Assembly: GCA_000004985.1 (NCBI GenBank)
Contig: GG738848.1
From: Naegleria gruberi
Lineage: Eukaryota
Strand: one strand, 5' to 3'
Length of the DNA stretch: 64,000 nucleotides
A program made the translations under genes and the position numbers. This document shows, one piece after another, positions 1 to 11,174 of this stretch (position 1 is its first letter; each line of letters opens with the position of its first letter). Under the pieces are notes generated by a model. That model did no database searches, was not told the origin of the DNA, and saw only the letters and a list, made by a program, of their open reading frames with translations.

Positions 1-1523
1 GAAGGAAAACGATTGATTGATAATTCGACGTCTGTAAATCTTCCATTGGAGGAGCAGCAACCAACAAAGAAGAAGAAGAAAAAAGCAGAACAAATTTCAC
101 CTGAATTGCAAACCTATCTCTCGAATCCTTTCTCTATCCTAGAAAGGTATGTAATTTTTATTGGATGAATTGTTAGTTAACTAACAACAATGTTATTTAT
201 ATCGGAAAAGAACTGAGATTGGTAAAATGACAGAACAGTTTTTGGGAGTTATTGGAAAATCAATTTTCTATGTTGTTATTATTGTGTATTTATTTGGAGA
301 TTTGGCAATTTATGCTGTTTCAGTACCAACATCTTTACTGAAGGTTACAGGACCTATGTTTGGATTGGATCCAAAATCAACTTATTATATTTATTTGGGA
401 ATCTTCTCGTGTATTGTGGTTCCTTTCAGTTTCTTCAATTTCCAAAAGACTAAATATTTGCAGTACATGACACTTGCAACAAGAAATATTGCATTCTTCT
501 TGATGATTTTGCTCAGTTTAATTTTCATTATTGAAGGAAATGGATCAACTAAGAATCTTCAATTCTTTAATTTTTCTATGGAAAGTTTTTCAAAGCTCTT
601 TTCAATTTCAATTTATGCATTTATGTGTCACCACTCTCTTCCATCCATTATTTCTCCAATTCACGATAAGAGAAGATTAACAATCATGTTTGTGGTTGAC
701 TTTGTAATGATTTTCTTTGCTTATGGTATGTAGATTTCATGAGTTGCATTTGAGATAACATTTTGATTAGTTTGCATGTGTTATGTAGCAGTTTTTGCTT
801 TTGGAGAACAACCTTTTGAAACATGTTCAAACAGAATTCATGATGGACCACCATGTGAAATTCAAGCATTATTTACTTTGAATTTCACCACTTATCGTTA
901 CACCTTAATTGCTGCCTTCTTGGCTCTCTTCCCAGTTTTCACACTCACCAGTAACTATCCTCTTATTGCCATTACCTTGAGAAATAATACTCAAATTTTG
1001 TTCGAAAAAGTCAAAATCATTCACGAGTGGAAATATAACTCATATCTCTTCTCTGCTCTTGCCTCAATTCCTCCAATCATCCTTGCTTTTGCCTATCAAA
1101 ATATTTCAACACTAGTCAGTTTTACTGGTGGTTTTGCTGGATTATTCATTCAGGTAAGTTAATCTTGAGAATATCTTAATAATTTTATTTACACACAATT
1201 AATAGTGCATTTTCCCAACTCTCCTTGCAGTATTTGCAAGAGTAAAAGTTATGAAAATGGAAGAGGAATTAGAAAATGAATCATCCTACTCAATCAATGC
1301 TGAAGAACCACCAGTTCAAACCAAATCAGAGGCCCTGAAGAAACTTGGTAAGAAGATTTTTGTTTTCCTTTTCACAACACCAAGAAGAATCCTCAAAAAT
1401 CCTCACACCAGTCCATTCTCTCAAGGTTATTGGGTTATTGGCATTTTGTTATTCTCTCTCTTTGCTCTCGTTGTTAACAGTTACTCTTTAATTAAGTGTG
1501 ACATTTTACAAGAATGTAAATAA
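1..1523 (+). CDS. Multi-pass membrane protein, amino-acid-transporter-like (Aa_trans/TMEM104-like); 5' end lies outside the window
   Basis: Exons <1..146, 211..725, 771..1153 and 1206..1523 join in frame. Introns are 147..210 (GTATGT..AAG, contains ACTAAC), 726..770 (GTATGT..TAG) and 1154..1205 (GTAAGT..TAG). Frame 1 is open from base 1. The protein is strongly hydrophobic throughout. The motif YAFMCHHSLPSIISPI resembles this transporter family from memory. Confidence 0.7.
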
Positions 1524-1700
1524 AAATCAATTAAATATACCCAACTAACAGCAACAAGAACAGCCAATAAATTACATGGTAATTGCAGCTTAGACATTAT
1601 TACTGAGTAAATGAGGAAGGTTGTTGAATAATCTCTTTTCTATCAGCTTTCTAAATGAATTGAGGCGCGAATCACGTTCTTTTTTTAGCCTTCAAAAAAT

Positions 1701-3925
1701 ATGCAAGAACCTCCATCATCGTCATCAGAAGGAAGTGATAATTCATCTACATCAGCAAAACCGAAAGTCATTGAATTGGCTAATATTAAAATACAACATC
1801 AACGCCAACCTCATGTTGAAGTAGTGGAAAATTCACCTTTAAAAACACCAACAGTCAAATATAACGTCGACGATGAGGATAGTGATGATGAAGAAGTTGT
1901 ACAACAATCAAGAGGCAGAGTTGCCGAACATCAAAGTCTATTAAATGGGGAAACGGAACGTGAACATCTCGGAGTCACAAATCTAGATGCCTTCTTTCAA
2001 CAAGTTTATGTATACTTCTATGAAAAAGGCTTTTGGTGCATGTTGGTAGATAGATGTCTACGATTATGGTTTGTTTCGAATATTATTACATTGTTTATTT
2101 ACAATATTATTACAGTACTGTATTTTTCATGATGATATTCTCAACTTTCCTATTTGTATTTCTAAATTGGTATGATATGTGGCATTGTCAGGATGTTGCT
2201 TGTAAAACAGTTCCAGTTTTTCGTAAAAATGTTTGGACAATGAATGCCTTCCATATTGTTGTCCTCTTATTTGAATTCGTTGTTTGTTTTTATTGGATGT
2301 ATTTACTTGTAAAATATCTGAGGGATTTATTGGGAATGTTATCAATCAAACACTTTTTCAATACTGAACTTAATATAACTGAGAAGGATATTCAAACTAT
2401 TCAATGGGTTGAAGTTGTAGAAAAGATTATTGAATTCCAAAATAAGAAAAAGATTAATATTATCAAAAACGTAGACGAATTCGGTATGTATGATTGATTT
2501 TAAACAGTTTTACTGATTGTTATTTAATTAGATATTTTAAACCGTATTATGAGAAAAGAAAATTACTTGATATCATTCATCAATAAGGATGTTATGAATC
2601 TAACACTTCCATTCTCTCAGAAAACTTATCTCTCTGAAATTATTGTTTATAACTTGAGAATTGTTGTAGATAACATGTTCGATAGCGAATTCAAAATTAA
2701 TGAGGCCTTTGTAAAAAACCCAAATGCTCTCAGAGCTTTCTTTGTAAAATTGGGTCTCATTAATTTATTACTCGCACCATTTTTACTTATATATATTATT
2801 TTGTACACTTCATTTAAATACTTAGCCGTAAGTTTTCAGATTGTTTAGTTTAAATTATTTATCATTCAAAAGGAGCTCAAAAACGATCCAAAGAAAGCAC
2901 TTGGAAGAAGGTGGTCATTATATTCCACATTCAAATTCAGAGAGTATCATGAACTTGCTCATGAATATGAGAGAAGACTAAAGGAAGGCTATGGCCCATC
3001 TATTGATTATTTAAATCAATTCCCTAATGTCTTACTTTCTATTGTTGCTAATAGAGCAATGTTTTTTATATCAGCAATAGCCGGAGTAATAATTGTACTT
3101 TCATACTTGAATAACTCACTTACTCTTTATTTGACAGTATTTAATCAAAACTTATTGACTTGGTTGACAACTTTATTATTGGGTTGGGCATTTGCTAAGG
3201 GATTTGTAATTGACGAACATGCCGTTTTCAATCCAAAACAAAAGCTAGATGATGTTTGTGAAATTTTACACCACCACGATCTTAAATGGAAGGGTAAAGG
3301 TCACCATCACGATGTGAGAGATGACTTTGTTGCCCATTTCATTCCTAGCTATTCCTACTTCTTGAATGAAATTGTCAGTGTATTTGTAACACCTATTATC
3401 CTCATTATTTCATTACCAAGAAGTGCAGAGAGAATATCCTCCTTTGTTGATCAAATCACTGTTGATTATCATGGATTAGGACATATTTGTGGTCATGCTG
3501 CATTCAAATTTAATGAATTTGGTAATGATATGTACGGTAGTCAAACTCTTGGAGGTACCAAGCATGCTGCTTCTGAGCATGGTAAAATGGAGTTATCATA
3601 TCTCAGCTTTGTGAATAGATATCCAAACTACAAACCAAAGGATGACAATGGAGAAAAGGCATTTATCAATAACCTTAATCAATCTATTCTTGCAAAGAAG
3701 GAAACCATTAAGGAACAACAACAGCAAGTAGAGCAACCTCCTGTTCAACAACAAGCTGCCAAATTCTCTCCAGTTGTCATAGTGCAACCACCAAGAGAAA
3801 ATACTCTTCGTCCTCCTGTACAAAATGATCTCTCTGAGTCTAGACTTCTTTTCAATATGTTGGAAAGTCAATATCAAATTAGAATGGACCAATCTATGAA
3901 TCAGTCAACCTGGAGAAGAAAATAA
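1701..3925 (+). CDS. ATG9: Autophagy-related protein 9 (Atg9) homolog
   Basis: Exons 1701..2067, 2116..2483, 2532..2827 and 2873..3925. Introns are 48, 48 and 45 nt (GTTTGT/GTATGT/GTAAGT...AG) and all are frame-consistent. The motifs LDAFFQQVYVYFYEKGFWC, RIMRKENYLISFINK and RRWSLYSTFKFREYHELAHEYERRL match the conserved Atg9 core as I recall it. Confidence 0.88.
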
Positions 3926-3934
3926 ACAAATGAT

Positions 3935-4600
3935 TTATTCCATTAAGAAAATTCTGTTTGCAATATCATCAACAATCCAGTCAATACCCTCCGAAATACC
4001 TTCACCAGTTATGGCACTACACCTTTCAACATGAATGTGTCTTGTTGTCTTTGAAGACTTTTGTTCATAGAGGATAGATTCACCAGAGGTAACTACTGTT
4101 GTCTCTGTTGTTTGAGATAATTGTTCCAATCCAAGGAATTTAGCAATATCACTAACACTAAGGGCATTATCTAAATCGGATTTGTTAGCAAGGATCAATA
4201 AACTTGCACCTGCCAATTTTTCCTCTCCTAACAAGAGATTTAATTCTCTCTTACAATCTTCCAATCTGTCAGTATCGGCACTATCAATTACCCAAATCAA
4301 TCCATCTGTATTTTCAAAATAATTTCTCCAATAACTTCTGATTGATTTTTGACCTCCAATATCCCAGAAATTAACCTTAAATGTATTATTAGTTGGTGTT
4401 TGAGCTACATCTTTTGATGCATCCTTTTCATAATAAATTGTGTCAATATTAAATCCTAGTGTTGGAGAAATTTCATCAAGAGGTTGATTTTTCAGCTTTT
4501 TAACGATCGTTGTTTTTCCTGCGTTATCCAACCCGAGAATAAGTACTCTCATTTGTCTTTCCTGTTCACGGAGCTTTTTCAAAATACTCATAAGACCCAT
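3935..4600 (-). CDS. ARL2: Arf-like small GTPase, ARL2-type, with lineage-specific insertions
   Basis: Single exon. The N-terminus is MG. The P-loop is GLDNAGKTT. The switch II block [32 protein letters not shown] is near-identical to the ARL2 signature, and NKSD is present. Extra segments sit after the effector region and before the C-terminal helix. Confidence 0.88.
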   Translation of the reverse strand: MGLMSILKKLREQERQMRVLILGLDNAGKTTIVKKLKNQPLDEISPTLGFNIDTIYYEKDASKDVAQTPTNNTFKVNFWDIGGQKSIRSYWRNYFENTDGLIWVIDSADTDRLEDCKRELNLLLGEEKLAGASLLILANKSDLDNALSVSDIAKFLGLEQLSQTTETTVVTSGESILYEQKSSKTTRHIHVERCSAITGEGISEGIDWIVDDIANRIFLME

Positions 4601-4970
4601 TGTATTGTATTCGGAAGTGTATTAAAATGTGTACAAAATTGTGAGGAGCAAAGAAGGTGATATTCTTTCTTTTTTTTGATTTTGAAAATTGAAAAAGGCG
4701 CCAACACTACCTACAACAACTTTTCGAAGAAAATACAAAATACTGTGGAAGTGAGAACTACAATCGGTAGTAAGGAATATAATTTTGTAAACTTTAATAA
4801 GATATTAATATATTAATATTATAAATTTAATGGAACAATATCTAATATAATTTTTTTAAATTGTTATCCTTAAAATATCCACCTTCTCAATATTAAATAT
4901 TTTGTAATCCTTCCAATAATTATCATCATCACATTAAATATTTAATTCTAAATATCCGATAATCTATTTT

Positions 4971-6763
4971 ATGAAATTCAATCAAAAAAAAATGTCCAAA
5001 CAACTAGTCCGAAATGTTCTCCTCCAAACAAGCAAGAGAAGTTTTCATACCAGTGCTCAATTAAAGAAGGATTACATCTTGGGAGTTTATAAAGATGGAA
5101 GTTTTTCTCCATCAGCCTATAATTTATTATCGGAACAATTCTTGTCATCACCATTCTTTACAAAGAAGGATTGGAAGGAAGGAAAGATTTCTCTGATTGA
5201 TTGTGGAATGTTTTTTGATGGAAATAAGTGTAGTATTGCAAAGAATGAAATTACTACTGATGATAGAATAGTTTTTGTTGGTTTGGGAGAAAAGGATGTT
5301 TCTACAAAGAAAATTTCATACAAGAAGAAGTTGTTTAAGGAACAATTTGGTCAACATGAAATTGTTGATATTAATCAACCAAGTGTTAGAGATTTGGCCC
5401 AAAAAGCTGTTCAAGCCTTGTTGTCTGATGTTAAAAAACCAAAGGAAGAAAAATCTGAAAAGTCTGAAGAAGAGGAAAATGATTCTACTCTTGAAGTTTT
5501 CATTGATGATTTGACTAATGGTCAAGAAGCAGTTGAAGGATTAAAACTTGGAAGTTGGAAGTTTATTAAATTGTCAAAGAAAACTGCCAGTAAGACACTC
5601 AATCAATTATCTGAAGGAAAGGTTAATGTTTCTTCTAATATTGAAAAGGAAGTTATTGATAGAGCTATTATTTATTCTGATGCTCAAAACTTTTCAGCAT
5701 ACTTGTCTGAATTACCTGCCAACTATCTCACTCCAAAGTTGTTCTGTAAAACAGTAACTGAAAAATTCCAAACTGAATTGGGTGATTTACTCTCAAAGGA
5801 AAATTCACCATTAACCATCAAGGAACACGACAAGAAATGGTGTGAAGAAATGAAGATGGGATCTTTCTTGGGTGTTTCTCAAGGATCTGCTGAGGAGCCA
5901 AGAGTGTTAGAAATTACATTCATGAATAATCCAAAAGATAACACCAACTTTGATATTATCTATGTCGGTAAGGGTATCACTTTTGATTCTGGTGGTATTT
6001 CAATTAAACCAGCTGCAGGAATGAAAGATATGAAGGGAGACATGTCAGGTGCTGGATCTGTTATGGCAACCATGTTGGCTGTTTGTAAATTGAATCTTCC
6101 TGTCAATATCAAGTGTATTGCCATGTTGTGTGAAGTAAGTACATTACAATATTTCATTCATAATTAACATTTGAAAGAATATGCCATCCTCCACTGCCTA
6201 TAAACCAGGTGATGTCATTACAGCAAGAAATGGTAAAACCATTGAAGTTGATAACACTGACGCTGAAGGTAGATTGGCTCTTGCTGATGGTTTGTGTTAT
6301 GCTTCAGAATTCAAACCAAATCATTTGATTGATGTTGCCACTCTTACAGGTGCTTGTGTTGTTGCTTTGGGAACCAAATTGACTGGTTGTTATACCTCAA
6401 CTAATGACATGTGGAAGAGATTTGAAAAGTCAGGTATTAACACAAAGGATTATGTAAGTATTTCACAATCTCATCAAATTTCTGACAATTATTCCAATCT
6501 AATAGATGTGGAGAATGCCATTCATGCCAACTGAATATGAAAAGCAAAATGAAAGCAATGTTGCCCATGTCAAGAACTCTGGAGGTAGAAATGCTGGCAG
6601 TATCACTGCTTGTTGTTTCTTATCCGAATTTGTTGATTTTGAAAAGGTTCCAAATTATGCCCATCTCGATATTGCTGGAACCAATTCAGATGCTAAGGGA
6701 ATTCACAATGGTCGACCAACAAGAGCTCTTATTGAATATGTAAGACTCTTACAAGAAGAATAA
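4971..6763 (+). CDS. M17 leucine aminopeptidase (cytosol aminopeptidase family), possible mitochondrial presequence
   Basis: Exons 4971..6134, 6178..6453 and 6506..6763. Introns are 43 nt and 52 nt, both GTAAGT..AAG/TAG, and both are in frame. The M17 signature [12 protein letters not shown] is present, along with [16 protein letters not shown] and MWRMP. Confidence 0.93.
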
Positions 6764-7013
6764 ACCCTTATTATTATTAATACCTTGATGCAATAATATT
6801 TTCTCTAGAGATTGTCACAGTTTCGGCAACAATTTCGTTCCACTCTTATACAATGTTGCTTAAGAGCTTGATAGTAAACTAAATGAGCACGAAAATGAAT
6901 GAAATATAAAAATCTCTCTAACAGGATAACTAACTTTTGGGAAGATTTAGGATTACTTGCCATCTTTCGTCAGGTTTATTTAAAAAGAAAGCCCTCAAAG
7001 GCCATAAGCATCA

Positions 7014-8492
7014 ATGTTAACTGTGCCTTGTGCCACAACAGAATTCGAAACAATTACCGGTGCCACAGACATTTCGGGCAAAGTAAAAGAAACACAAAAA
7101 ACAATAGAAACAACGAGAAGATCTTCCATTGCAGATATTTCAGAGAGTTACCCAAGTGAATTTTCATTTCATTCAAATTCGTATCTACCACCTGCTAACT
7201 ATTCGAATCCTTCCGAAACCGTTGATGATCACCAACAAGAACCAACAACACTCATTGATCAACTCATACAAACTTTTGACGAATTAATAATTGATAAATT
7301 AGTGATGGGATTACTTACACCAAGAAAAAGAGAACGATTCTCTCTAAATCATCAACATTCGAATAATAATTTAACACCTCTCAGTCCAATAACAAACAGA
7401 AAATCAACACAATCCATGCCAACAACTCCTGTTGGTGAAGATGATTTTGTGAGGATCATGTTGGTGAGTGGAGAAAATTGGGGAGTTGGACAATCATCAA
7501 TTGCAAAGAGATTTGTTTTAAACCAATTTGTAGAGGAAAAGGATTCGGATTTTGTTTCGAAACATGTTTCTAAAAGTTATTCGAAAGAGATTATTCTTCG
7601 AACAGCAACACAAGAAAAGAATAATTTAACACTCCTTGAAGAAAATAACAATAGAATGAAGGAAAATGTTACTGGAAGTGTCGAATCAATTTATTACACA
7701 ACACCACAAATGGCAAATAATAATTTACTAACAATAGGACAGCAGCAGCAACATTCGAATAGTGTTGGGCTTAGTAGTGAAAGGATGAGTTATTTGTATG
7801 ATCAGCAGACAAATGCTTCACCTTCAACTCATTCTCTACTTTCTAATGCTTCATCATCAGTTTCTAATAGTTCAGAATCTTTACTTTTTCATCCAAGAAG
7901 CAATGTAATACTCCAAATTGAAGATTATGTTCCATCCTATATTACTGATTTGGAAACAACCGATGATAGATTATCAAATTGTGAAAATTATTATGATGAA
8001 CAGTTTTATTTGGAATTTAAGAGAAATCAACAAGATTATTATTATGAAAAAGATGTTTTCCTGATTTGTTTTGATGGAAAGAATGAGGATTTTTTGAATT
8101 ATGTGTACAATGAGATTGAAACTATTCGAAATGCATGTGATGAATTCACTGAATATAAAATAATTGCCTTAGTTTTGACTAAACAAGATCTCAACAAGGA
8201 ACAAAATCAAGCAAATGAGGAAATTCATGCCACCACCAGTACTACTATTCTATCTGAGGAGAAACGAGAACAAATGATTGAAAAATTATTGGAAGAAACT
8301 AAATTGGAATTGTTTAGAGTGAGTGCCAAGGATAATGTCAATATTCAGGAATTATTCCAACAAATGGCAGAGAAGGCAATTGCTGTAAAGGAAAAGAAAT
8401 CAAGACTCAAAGCAAAACTGAAAAAGAAAATGGACACTCATCAACATAATAGACAATATGAACAACAAAAACATAAATGTTTATTACAATAA
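7014..8492 (+). CDS. Ras/Rab-like GTPase-fold protein with degenerate P-loop and a large internal insertion
   Basis: 492-aa ORF. The G1-like motif is GENWGVGQSS, with Q where the P-loop Lys is expected. The G4-like motif is LTKQD and the G5-like motif is VSAKD followed by NIQELFQQMAEKAI. About 270 Ser/Asn/Gln-rich residues lie between the G1 and G4 regions. Confidence 0.6.
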   Translation: MLTVPCATTEFETITGATDISGKVKETQKTIETTRRSSIADISESYPSEFSFHSNSYLPPANYSNPSETVDDHQQEPTTLIDQLIQTFDELIIDKLVMGLLTPRKRERFSLNHQHSNNNLTPLSPITNRKSTQSMPTTPVGEDDFVRIMLVSGENWGVGQSSIAKRFVLNQFVEEKDSDFVSKHVSKSYSKEIILRTATQEKNNLTLLEENNNRMKENVTGSVESIYYTTPQMANNNLLTIGQQQQHSNSVGLSSERMSYLYDQQTNASPSTHSLLSNASSSVSNSSESLLFHPRSNVILQIEDYVPSYITDLETTDDRLSNCENYYDEQFYLEFKRNQQDYYYEKDVFLICFDGKNEDFLNYVYNEIETIRNACDEFTEYKIIALVLTKQDLNKEQNQANEEIHATTSTTILSEEKREQMIEKLLEETKLELFRVSAKDNVNIQELFQQMAEKAIAVKEKKSRLKAKLKKKMDTHQHNRQYEQQKHKCLLQ

Positions 8493-8679
8493 TTTGATAA
8501 TTAGATTTGGAGCATTTCATTGTAATCTACTCGTTCGAATACAAAAGCAAGCTGCAGTTGATGAAGACCTCCAAACAGCTACTACTTCCTCACAATTTCC
8601 AGAAACAATTCGTTAGCTCCTACTGAATATAAAATTTCAAAAATTAACAATTGTGATTGCAAAAGTTTTGGTTTTGCTA

Positions 8680-9618
8680 TCAGTGAAAGAATTGAATAGC
8701 ATTTCCATTAAGAATCATTTCCAGTAGTCCTAATTGTTGATCCACACAAATTGCTTTAACTATTCCATCAATTTCTTTGGTTTGTTTGTTAATCAAATTA
8801 AAATTCATGTCAATGTGAAATATTTTCAACCAAGTTTTAGGTTCCAAATTCAAAGAATAATAAATATAAATATTATTGGAATTTCTGTCATAATTCATTA
8901 AATATTCTGCTGAAAAATTAATTTCATATCTGCTTGATGAAACCCACTCATGATCACTCACTTTCCTATATATTTGAATATCCTTAACATTACAATAAAT
9001 AATCTCAGTATCTGAAATTGCATCAATCGCATAACAGCAATAAAAGGAAGGAAGATTATTCTTGATTGGCATTCCATCAGAACATTTATAACACTTGGTA
9101 TCTATGGATGAGTATTCAGCAGTGATTAGTATCCTTTCATTATCTAAATTTAGTGTTGTCATGCTAAAAGTTTCGTTTAATCCAAAGCTCCATAATTCGT
9201 CTCCAATTCCACTCAACCATTTGCTAAGTAAATATTTACAACACTTGTAATTGTTTGAGGAATCTTTGGTAATTATATAAATCTCATCGAATTCTTCATT
9301 AATTGTTGAACAAATGTAATCATTTCGGAAATTTATAATATTCGAAACTTTTCTATTATTTCTATTCAGTATAATAATTTCGTTTGGATAGAAAATAAGA
9401 ATACAATCAAATCGATAGGCAATTTTCAAATCACAATATGCTATCTCTTTGGAATTAATTTCTATTGGAATGTCATGAACTAGATCAAAATTCATGGAAA
9501 ATATTCGCTTGGCAGGTGACATTAATTTTGATTTCAACCAAACTTCAAGAATCTCATAATCATCTTCTAGTCTTGTTGAAGTTTTACGAAAATCAATCAA
9601 AGAAACAACAAAAAACAT
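8680..9618 (-). CDS. Hypothetical protein (no recognisable domain; beta-rich composition)
   Basis: Long uninterrupted ORF. The computed start at 9633 is TTG, and the first ATG is at 9618. Codon usage is similar to neighbouring genes. Confidence 0.5.
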   Translation of the reverse strand: MFFVVSLIDFRKTSTRLEDDYEILEVWLKSKLMSPAKRIFSMNFDLVHDIPIEINSKEIAYCDLKIAYRFDCILIFYPNEIIILNRNNRKVSNIINFRNDYICSTINEEFDEIYIITKDSSNNYKCCKYLLSKWLSGIGDELWSFGLNETFSMTTLNLDNERILITAEYSSIDTKCYKCSDGMPIKNNLPSFYCCYAIDAISDTEIIYCNVKDIQIYRKVSDHEWVSSSRYEINFSAEYLMNYDRNSNNIYIYYSLNLEPKTWLKIFHIDMNFNLINKQTKEIDGIVKAICVDQQLGLLEMILNGNAIQFFH

Positions 9619-9833
9619 TTTTTTACATGTCAAATATCATTTTACCAGTGTTATGATTGGAAGCAAAATGTTCATAATTTTACAATCAAAGAAATTTGGT
9701 CTTCCCTGAATCTAAAAACACCTGACTTCTCAACGTGCAAAATTAGCTTTGCCTGGCTTTAAATCTGAAATGAGAATTGCTGAATCCTGTCCGAACAACA
9801 AAAAAAAAACACCAAAATCCTACCCAGCTTTCA

Positions 9834-10937
9834 ATGTCAGCATCTCCCATAATTTTCGACCTTGGAATTTTCGAACAAGAGTTTCCATTGTTTATCGGAC
9901 CGAATCAAGAAGAAGCATATGATTTTAAAGCAGCTGCATCAAGTGATGAAAATGATGATTTTGAGGTTGATAAGGAGTGTCATGATAAAGTAACTTCAAT
10001 CTTTAGAGATGATGATCAACAACCAATCGTTGATAATCAACAACAAGAAGGTGCCACAGTCAGCCATGATAACCATACTGCTCAAATTTCTTCATCAAGT
10101 GTTGGTGATGATGATGATGATATCTTTCTGAAAGAAGATGACATATTCAGCCATGATAGCAGTACTGCTCAAATTTCCTCATCAAATACTAATAGTGGTA
10201 TTGGTAATGAGTGTAACACTGAAACTGGTTATGAAAGTTTGGCTTTCCAGGTTTCTAACCTTCCTGATTGTACAACAGGTTCCAGTCAGAACACATTGCA
10301 ATGTGCAACCATTTCAATGGAAGACAATAGAAAATCTTCCAGTCGATTTGACACCTCTGCACAAGTGAAGAAGGGCAGAAGAAAGCACTCCCCCAAAAAA
10401 TTAGCTGAACAGAAAGAAGAGGAAAAGCAGGTCAAGAAGGTTGTGGAAACACAAGAAAATCCAACACTTAAATGGGAACACACAAAGATATGTTCTAAGA
10501 ATACATATTTGGAGATTGATATTGGAGAGAGAGAATTCTCTTTAAGTATTGAAGTATTCCAAACTGGCACTGGAAGCCATGGACCACTCGAAGAACTTAA
10601 GGAACACATACAAAAAGTTAGTGATCTTTCGATAACAATTCAAAACTTGAACACCACAGAGAAAAATTATATTTCCCTACAAGATCATCTCCCGAAAGCC
10701 ACATGCAAAGAACGTAAAAAAACAACTTGGATCAAACTTGGTGGTGGAGACTATTTGTTTTTGTGTTGTGATGGACACAAATTCGAAAATGCGCATAATT
10801 TTATTTCAATCAATAACCAGGGCATTAGAACTCGAAACCAAAATCTCAATCAATACTCCAAAAAGTGCAAAAAAGATGCAACTCGTTTAATAATTAGTTC
10901 AGACCTATCTGAGTTAAACACTCTTAAGAAGCAATGA
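9834..10937 (+). CDS. Hypothetical acidic/Ser-rich protein with Cys/His-containing C-terminal part
   Basis: The ORF 9777..10937 starts at TTG, and the first ATG is at 9834. There is an internal duplicated segment: HDNHTAQISSSS / HDSSTAQISSSN. Confidence 0.5.
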   Translation: MSASPIIFDLGIFEQEFPLFIGPNQEEAYDFKAAASSDENDDFEVDKECHDKVTSIFRDDDQQPIVDNQQQEGATVSHDNHTAQISSSSVGDDDDDIFLKEDDIFSHDSSTAQISSSNTNSGIGNECNTETGYESLAFQVSNLPDCTTGSSQNTLQCATISMEDNRKSSSRFDTSAQVKKGRRKHSPKKLAEQKEEEKQVKKVVETQENPTLKWEHTKICSKNTYLEIDIGEREFSLSIEVFQTGTGSHGPLEELKEHIQKVSDLSITIQNLNTTEKNYISLQDHLPKATCKERKKTTWIKLGGGDYLFLCCDGHKFENAHNFISINNQGIRTRNQNLNQYSKKCKKDATRLIISSDLSELNTLKKQ

Positions 10938-11174
10938 ACAATGAACAATACGACACATTATTATTTCAAGATGTTACCAGAACTGCCACACCCAGTGTAT
11001 GACAGTTCTTGTACAGTATTTGAAATAATAATATGGAACATTGTTTAATAAAAATACCTTACTTGAATTTTAATGATTGTAAATACTAATTTCTGAAGAA
11101 TAGGTTCTAAGCGTCGATAATTTAGTGGTCCATAGAATACATGGATTTGTGAAATGTAAGTCAACTGATTAATT

